Positions 20,422 through 26,892 of a DNA stretch of 26,892 nt are shown one piece after another; the stretch's first letter is position 1; the number at the start of each line of letters is the position of its first letter. The notes under the pieces are model-generated. The model made no database searches. It saw only the letters and a list, made by a program, of their open reading frames with translations, and had not been told where the DNA came from. Source of the stretch: Octopus sinensis (Eukaryota); assembly GCF_006345805.1 (NCBI RefSeq), contig NW_021835585.1:1-26892 (forward strand), in the 5' to 3' direction. A program made the position numbers and the translations under genes.

Positions 20422-20536
20422 TTTTACAAGAATAAAGTTGACAGTGACTTCGAAGCTTCAGCTTTCATCTGCAGTCTGATGAATACTAACATACGCAAAC
20501 TTCGAAGACACTGTCAGTAACACTATTCTTGTAAAA
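20422..20536. repeat. Imperfect inverted repeat enclosing back-to-back decayed hammerhead-like cores
   Basis: TTTTACAAGAATA (20422-20434) pairs with TATTCTTGTAAAA (20524-20536). GACAGTGACTTCGAAG (20440-20455) pairs with CTTCGAAGACACTGTC (20500-20515) with 1 mismatch. Confidence 0.8.
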
Positions 20537-20539
20537 GAA

Positions 20540-20611
20540 CATACACGCATACACACACACATATACACACATACATACATACACACATGCATACATACAT
20601 ACATACATACA

Positions 20612-20645
<34 letters not shown>

Positions 20646-20770
20646 CATACATAGACACATAAATACATACACACATACACATATACATACATATACATGT
20701 GTGTATATGTATGTATATATGTATATATATACATATATACATACGCACACACATACATACACCCATATAT
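20540..20770. repeat. (TACA)n/(CA)n/(TA)n block
   Basis: Read directly from the sequence. Confidence 0.95.
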
Positions 20771-21654
20771 ATTGGATCATGCTGCCTGATTACCAACCTT
20801 CTAAAACAGGAGAATGAAGTTTAGGACGTTTTTTGTAAGGAGACGCTTTACTATCGACGCCCAACGGCCTCGCCCAACTTTCCAGTCAATCTATTACTGA
20901 ATGTTCAAGTTAAATGCTCGCTGACACCCTAAACTGATCGATTGATTACTTTAAATGTCAGCCTGTAAATTTAAGCTTCCTGGATATAGGGCCTCAATGA
21001 AGCAAACAGTTTTTTTTTTTGTTCCAGAATTAAGGACCAGCAGATCTAGTCTTTCGCTTTATTTAAAGAAGTCTAATCAACAACAGGAAGAAATATCTCA
21101 ATGAAACAGGAATCGCTTGGAGGAATTCTTATAAACGCGAATAATGAAAATATCGAAATTTTCGCTGTCGTTTGATGAATTTCAAACATGCTCATTGAAT
21201 TTCCCCTTATCGAACCTGTTGAATGATATACTTTCATTTATATTAGAAAAGGGTGTTAAAATGCCCCACTCTTAGACAAAGTTCATGTCACATTTTCAAA
21301 TTTGGAAACATTTCTTTACGAAGCCATTCGAACCTGCTTGGAAAAAAACGATTTCATCCTTTGGGACAAAACGCAATTTTAATCTAAGTTGCATACATAT
21401 GAATTTGCCAAATTAATGGTTCATTATTTTTCTCAATAGAGGGACCTCCCCTTAGGTTGTTATTCATATGTACTCGCAATTTGTCCCTAATTCTAAAAAG
21501 ATCCTCACCTCGTGTTAGATTTTCTGTTCAACTGAAGACCGACGTTGTAAGCGTCAAATAAGTGGATGAACGAGATTTCGCTGATCTTGCTCATGAATGA
21601 TCTAAATATGCCATCAATTCGTTCACTGAATAATTCAAATTAGATTGGGGTTAC

Positions 21655-21955
21655 CGGTACAGTCCATCGTTACTTGAAGGTCACCTATATTGATGTCTGC
21701 TATATGACATCATTTATATAAGCCATCGTGTCAGCGGATCATTGCTGAAGATCATCGTTATACAATATCAGCCGATATAGTGATTACAGGTGATTTTTAT
21801 AGCACCTTAATGTTGATCATTTATATTGGCCATTGTTATACAGGGTAATCAGTATAGGCCATTCCTATAAGAGGACATTGATCCAGGTCATCGGTATGGG
21901 GTAATGACTATATATATACCATCATTGCAGCAAGGTATCTATATGGATCATCGAC
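21655..21955. repeat. Degenerate minisatellite, unit ~14-15 bp (approx. RGRTCATYGNTATA)
   Basis: Recurring variants: AGATCATCGTTATAC, GGCCATTGTTATAC, GGTCATCGGTATG, GATCATTTATAT, ACATCATTTATAT, GGATCATCGAC, GTCCATCGTTAC. Confidence 0.6.
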
Positions 21956-22067
21956 AGAGAATATTGGTAGAAGAGTTCAGCTGCATAAATAATCAACGAA
22001 GAAGTCATTTATGTCGAGTATGGATGCAGGGCATCTGTCTAGAATGCCATTATTAAAGGAGGTCAAG

Positions 22068-22278
22068 GCGGTGAGCCGACAGAATCGTTAACGCGTTGGG
22101 ACAAATGATTAACGGTCTTTCGCCCGTCGCTACGTTCTGAGTTCAAACTCTGCCTAGGTCGATTTTGCCTTTCATCCTTTTGCGGTCGATAAAGTAGGTA
22201 CCAGTTGCGTACTAGGGTCGAGCTAATCGACTGGCCCCCTCCCCCAAAATTTCAGGCGTTGCGCCTGTAGTAGAAAGG
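22068..22278 (+). mobile_element. Full-length SINE, family A (tail type 1), with 16-bp TSD
   Basis: TSD ATTATTAAAGGAGGTC at 22049-22064 and 22279-22294. Head, core and tail are all present. Confidence 0.9.
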
Positions 22279-22297
22279 ATTATTAAAGGAGGTCTTA

Positions 22298-22495
22298 AGT
22301 TGGCGAGATGGCAGAACCGTCAGCACGCCGAGCAGAATGCATAGCGGTATTTCGTCCGTCTTCACGTTCTGAGTTCAAATTCAACTGAAATCGATTTTGC
22401 CTTTCATCATTTAGGGGTCGATGAAATAAGTATCAGTCAAGCATTGGGCGTCGATGTAAGTTCAGGCCTTGTGGCCAAGGAAGAGAGGATTATTA
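22298..22495 (+). mobile_element. Diverged SINE, family A, with a shortened 3' part
   Basis: GTTGGCGAGATGGCAGAACCG...GAGTTCAAATTC...GCCTTTCATCATTTAGGGGTCGATG...GGCCTTGTGGCCAAGGAAGAGAGGATTATT. Confidence 0.85.
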
Positions 22496-23264
22496 TTGGA
22501 GGTATTCAATAGAAACCACCTTTACAGAGGAATTCAGAAAAACTGACACAGCTCGGTGAAGCCTTCTCTGCGTCCACTGGTTACAACTTGAATGTTATTC
22601 CCAGGTCAAGGTTGGATCGATCGAGAAGGTATCTGTCTTTGTCTTTACTCGCAACTAAACGGACATTTTACATTAAACCGCGACAGATAAAAATTACGTT
22701 CAATTAATTACATGATTAGTTAAGTAGGGGCATCAAAACGACACAAATACACACACACACATGTACAGAGGATATATATATATACATATATATGAACACA
22801 TGAATATGCATATGTGTATGTACGTGTGTGTCATACAGTCACACTTCTAAACGCACATATGTGTAGATAAACATGGCCATAAATACGCCTACATGTGCAT
22901 TTCTTGTGTATATGAGTGTGTGTATGTGGATGTTACGTCTTGTCCATCTTAAACCTAATTACCAAGATACAATTCACTAATTTTAATGCTAATTTACTCT
23001 CAGAATTCTTCAGCTTTCAGTATCGTTCAGTCAGTGTTGCGGTGCTAATATATATCTTTCTTTAATCCATGTCTCGCTAAGATAATGAGCAGACTAGTGT
23101 TGATAGTCAATCTCTCGATCAACATTTGCAGGATTAACTGGATTAACATTCGACTTTCTTAATCACTATTGAAATATTGCCTTATTTGATTAAAATTTTG
23201 TCATCTTCCAGTTTTATCACTTACTAGCTTGCAGCTAAAACGACAACACTTACCTCTCTCTTTC

Positions 23265-23297
23265 GCCTCATCTCTCTCTCTCTCTCTCTCACTCACT

Positions 23298-23331
<34 letters not shown>

Positions 23332-23337
23332 CACACA

Positions 23338-23371
<34 letters not shown>

Positions 23372-23385
23372 CATACACACAAACA
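23265..23385. repeat. (CT)n(CA)n(CT)n compound microsatellite
   Basis: Read directly from the sequence. Confidence 0.95.
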
Positions 23386-23907
23386 CATGCGCGCACGAAC
23401 ACAGATACATACACACATATATAAAAGGCAAACGCCCACAACCTTAGTTAAAATCTTCAACGCTGTTCTTACTGACCTTATTCAGCAACTCGCCTATGAA
23501 GCTATTCTTATCTACACAGACCGTTCTCACCAGCTCTCTTGGAATTCGAGTTCTACCGCTAGAAATAGCAACTAAATCGCACATAAATCATATCTCACCA
23601 ACATAAAAAAAGAGGCAGACATTGGATTATGTGGTCCTGAGTTTCTGACACATAAAAAAAAGACTCTACTGTTATGAATGGAACGGCTTTGAATATAGGA
23701 CCACACAACAGGGGTTGGTCTTTACCTAAACAACAACAACGACAACAAACAACCGTCCTGAAGTCTTCATCTCATAATGTAAAGCATCAGAGCTAAATTC
23801 TAAAAGGAATTTCCAAATTTGCTGTTAATTAAGGTCTTGTCTGTGAACCTTAAATTCCAACTCAATTTATTCGAAAAATATCGGTCGAATGTTTTTATCT
23901 ATTGTTA

Positions 23908-24092
23908 TTTTACCTGTTTCAGTCATTAAACTGCGGCCATGCTGGGGTACTTCCTTGAAGAGGTTTTAGTCGAAAAATGCGATCCCAACACTTATTTTCT
24001 CTTTTAAAACGTGGTACTTATTGTATCGCTCTCTTTCTTGCCGAACTGTTAATGGGGACGTAAACACACCAACACCAGTTGTCAAGATGATG
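23908..24092 (-). mobile_element. 5'-truncated SINE, family B (3' half)
   Basis: CTGTTTCAGTCATTAAACTGCGGCCATGCTGG...GCCGAACTG...GGGGACGTAAACACACCAACACCAGTTGTCAAG is homologous to 16753-16925. Confidence 0.8.
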
Positions 24093-24130
24093 GAGAGGGA
24101 GGAGGTTATTGTTATAGTGATGGTGGTGAT

Positions 24131-24333
24131 GAACTGGCACTCCGTCGGTTACGACGATCAGTGTTCCACTTGACCCAATCACGTGAACAGCTTGCTCGTT
24201 AAATTAACGTGCAATTGGGTTGAGTGAACTGGAGCAACGTTAAATAAATTATGCTGCTCAAGGCTACCACGCGCCGCCGAGAATCGAATTCACAACCTTA
24301 CGATCGTGAGCGTAATGCCCTTTCCTCTAAACT
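24131..24333 (-). mobile_element. Diverged SINE related to family C
   Basis: The minus-strand head GGGCATTACGCTCACGATCGTAAGGTTGTGAATTCGATTCTCGG followed by GCCTTGAGCAGCATA parallels the family C head plus CORE-like segment. Confidence 0.65.
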
Positions 24334-24435
24334 ACTAGTCTTTTCGGCGATGGCGACGACGATTAAGAAGAACATGGAAACTACGTACACACACCAGTAC
24401 ATTGCTGAGGATAATAAAGATAGCGATGTTGATAA

Positions 24436-24601
24436 GGCGGCGAGCTGGCAGAATCGTTAGCACGCCGGGCGAAGTGCGTATTTCGTCTGCCGCTACGTTC
24501 TGAGTTCAAATTCCGCCGAGGTCGACTTTGCCTTTCAATCCGTTTGTCTGTCCTTGTTTGTCCTCTCTGTGTTTAGCCCCTTGTGGGTAGTAAAGAAATA
24601 G
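24436..24601 (+). mobile_element. Internally deleted SINE, family A (tail type 3), with ~20-bp TSD
   Basis: TSD TAATAAAGATAGC[G/A]ATGTTG at 24412-24431 and 24602-24621. The head is joined directly to the type-3 tail. Confidence 0.9.
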
Positions 24602-24711
24602 TAATAAAGATAGCAATGTTGTCATTTTTGTAGTTGTTGTTGTTGTTGCTGTTGTTGTTGCTTTTGTTGTTGTTATTCTAGTGTTGATGAGATTCCTGCG
24701 ACGATGTTGTT

Positions 24712-24922
24712 GTTTAGCCCCAGGTCAGTATTGACAGAACAGACGAATAATTAACGGCATTCTACTCATTACCATTTTGCCCTTATCTCATATTTATCGC
24801 ACCTGGGACGGCTTCATTCAAAGTATTTTACGCAAACTCACGCGCGCACTTTACCAGACGGTAAAGTGCAATTTGACGAAGATTTGGCTGTTATTTCTAG
24901 TATGTCGATTAACCACGAAGCG
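24712..24922 (+). repeat. Old interspersed repeat (family D) with an internal perfect hairpin
   Basis: Starts TTTAGCCCCAGGTC and ends GATTTGGCTGTTATTTCTAGTATGTCGATTAACCACG. Hairpin GCACTTTACC-AGAC-GGTAAAGTGC at 24846-24869. Confidence 0.5.
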
Positions 24923-24994
24923 AAACCATTGATGACGAAGTTGACGATGAAAGATGTAGATCACAGACAATACAGGTAAAGATGATGGCTTGAC

Positions 24995-25210
24995 TGCTGC
25001 TGCTGCTACTACTGCTGCTGCTGATGATGATGGTGATTGTTGTGGGGAGTAAGGGTGTTAGTGATGGTGGCGGTGCCGGTGGTGATGATAATTATGATGA
25101 TGATGACGACGATAGTGACTGAGATGATGATGATATCATCATCATCATCATGATAGTTTCTATGGTAATGCTAAGAATATAATGATGATAATGGTGATGA
25201 TAATGATGCT
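24995..25210. repeat. (CTG)n/(GAT)n trinucleotide low-complexity block
   Basis: Read directly from the sequence. Confidence 0.9.
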
Positions 25211-25497
25211 TACCGACAACAACACACTTATGTCTGTCAGATAGTATCCGTTTATATTAATTAAGATTGGTGGGAAGCGAAGATGACAGAATGTAGAAGA
25301 TACGTTAATATAACCACACACACACACACACACACACACATACATATTGACATACATTCATACATATACACACACACTCTGTATATGTGTGTGTTCATGC
25401 ATGGATGTATATATGTATGTTTGTAATTAGATCTATTCCTGTCAATGAAATAAATGTCTCGTTGAGACGAAATAAGATATGCTTTGGCAGTTTCATA

Positions 25498-25612
<115 letters not shown>

Positions 25613-26198
25613 TGCTTTCTTAGAATTGTAAGATTTCTCTTTAAATATCTTTCCTGCAGAAAGTTTTAACAATGTCTGTAAAAAAGATTTGTTGTCGTTC
25701 GTCAGCCAATGTTTAAGAACGTTTCTGAACGCGCCCCTATCCTTCAATATGTTCTTTTTTTTATATTCAACCATCCGTAACCAACTGTTAATTGTAATCA
25801 GTGTTCACGGGAACATGACCTTCTGAGCTATAACTAAAAAAAGCTAATAACTCTTAGAAACATTTATAAGTTTCGAAAATGGGCCTGAGTATTATGCAGT
25901 CATATTTACTTAATGGCGGAATTACAAATAAATTCGAAAAGCTTTATTTTCGCTTTTTATGTAGCAATGATATTAGCCATAACTCCAATTAATTTGGTAT
26001 TGGACATAGAGCACTCTCACATCAACGATACAATGTGTATATCTACATACAAACAAACATATATAACTATATGTATGCTTGCATGTATGTATATATGCAT
26101 CTTTATATGTTGTATAAATATATATTTTATATATATATATGTATGTATTATATATATATATAATACACGCACACATAAATACATACCTACATAAATAT

Positions 26199-26395
26199 GC
26201 GAGCTGGGAGAGTCCTTAGCACGCTGGACGAAATGGTTTGCAGTATTTCGCCCACCGCTACGTTCTGAGTTCAATTTCTGCCGAGGTCGACTTTGCCTTT
26301 CATCGATAAAATAAGGACCAATGAAACACTGGGGCCGATGTAATCGACTTATCCCGTTCCCCAAAATGATTGCCCTTCTGGCAAAATGTGAAACC
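26199..26395 (+). mobile_element. SINE, family A (tail type 2), with a small core deletion
   Basis: GCGAGCTGGGAGAGTCCTTAGCACGCTGG...GAGTTCAATTTCTGCCGAGGTCGACTTTGCCTTTCATCGATAAAATAAGG...GGCAAAATGTGAAACC, followed by an (ATT)n tail. Confidence 0.88.
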
Positions 26396-26892
26396 ATTAT
26401 TATTATTATCATCATCATCACTATTATCAAAAAAGTAATCTTTTCGAGTCATGTGAACTTTTATTCTAATACTTAGGTTCCACAGAAAGGTCCGGTTTTA
26501 GACATTTTTATTTCGAGTAATTATATTTATTCCTTAATGACCCCTCATTCTAGCAGAACGACCCGATACAATCACAGATAAGAATGAACATAACAGCGCA
26601 GATCTTAAACGGTAAATAAAAGAAGTTTGATTATATATGTAGACACATATATTTTGTAAAATGGAAAATGACATTTTAACAAATGAAAACAAATTCACAC
26701 GACACAAAGTAAAATATTCACAACAATAGGTATTTCGCTAGTGTTATTAGCCTAACAGTTGCCAGTGAACAACGTGGCAAACGTGCGTAGCTAACACAAA
26801 TAACTCCTTGCCTGGGGAATAGGCGAGGGTGAAAGTGACATACCTCTTCTTTGCAAACAAGGAAGGAGTTTTCATAATCTCTTAAAACAACT

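Noticed and set aside
21028-21105. Strong acceptor T10GTTCCAG followed by ELRTSRSSLSLYLKKSNQQQEEISQ-stop
   Set aside because: There is no donor and no recognisable peptide, and poly-T plus CAG is frequent in this AT-rich DNA.
21525-21575. CTGAAGA-CC-GACG...CGTC-AAA hammerhead-like motif
   Set aside because: G12 of GAAA is absent and there is no plausible stem III or cleavage triplet.
21655-21955. CRISPR-like array
   Set aside because: The units are short, degenerate and contiguous without unique spacers, there are no cas genes, and the context is eukaryotic.
22525-22630. Exon candidate RNSEKLTQLGEAFSASTGYNLNVIP
   Set aside because: The donor is weak, and the 3' part (CCCAGGTCA...GATC) resembles the start of family D repeats.

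Overview
Eukaryotic, AT-rich and extremely microsatellite-dense non-coding DNA. The SINE families and the simple-repeat load match what I recall of octopod cephalopod (Octopus) genomes, but I recognised this rather than confirmed it by search. I found no recognisable intact protein-coding gene: almost every ORF in the supplied track is a translation of TA/CA/ATT/GAT microsatellites. The window holds about 15 tRNA-derived SINE copies from at least three families (two with clear TSDs around a full head-to-tail copy, one more around an internally deleted copy), the 3' end of an R4/Dong-like non-LTR retrotransposon, a probable decayed LINE endonuclease fragment, a ~614-bp tandem duplication and a degenerate ~14-15-bp minisatellite. 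The most interesting signal is a cluster at 18.8-20.5 kb of minimal type I hammerhead-ribozyme-like motifs of the kind known from Penelope-like elements, two of them inside long inverted repeats. A few weak exon candidates are listed at low confidence.
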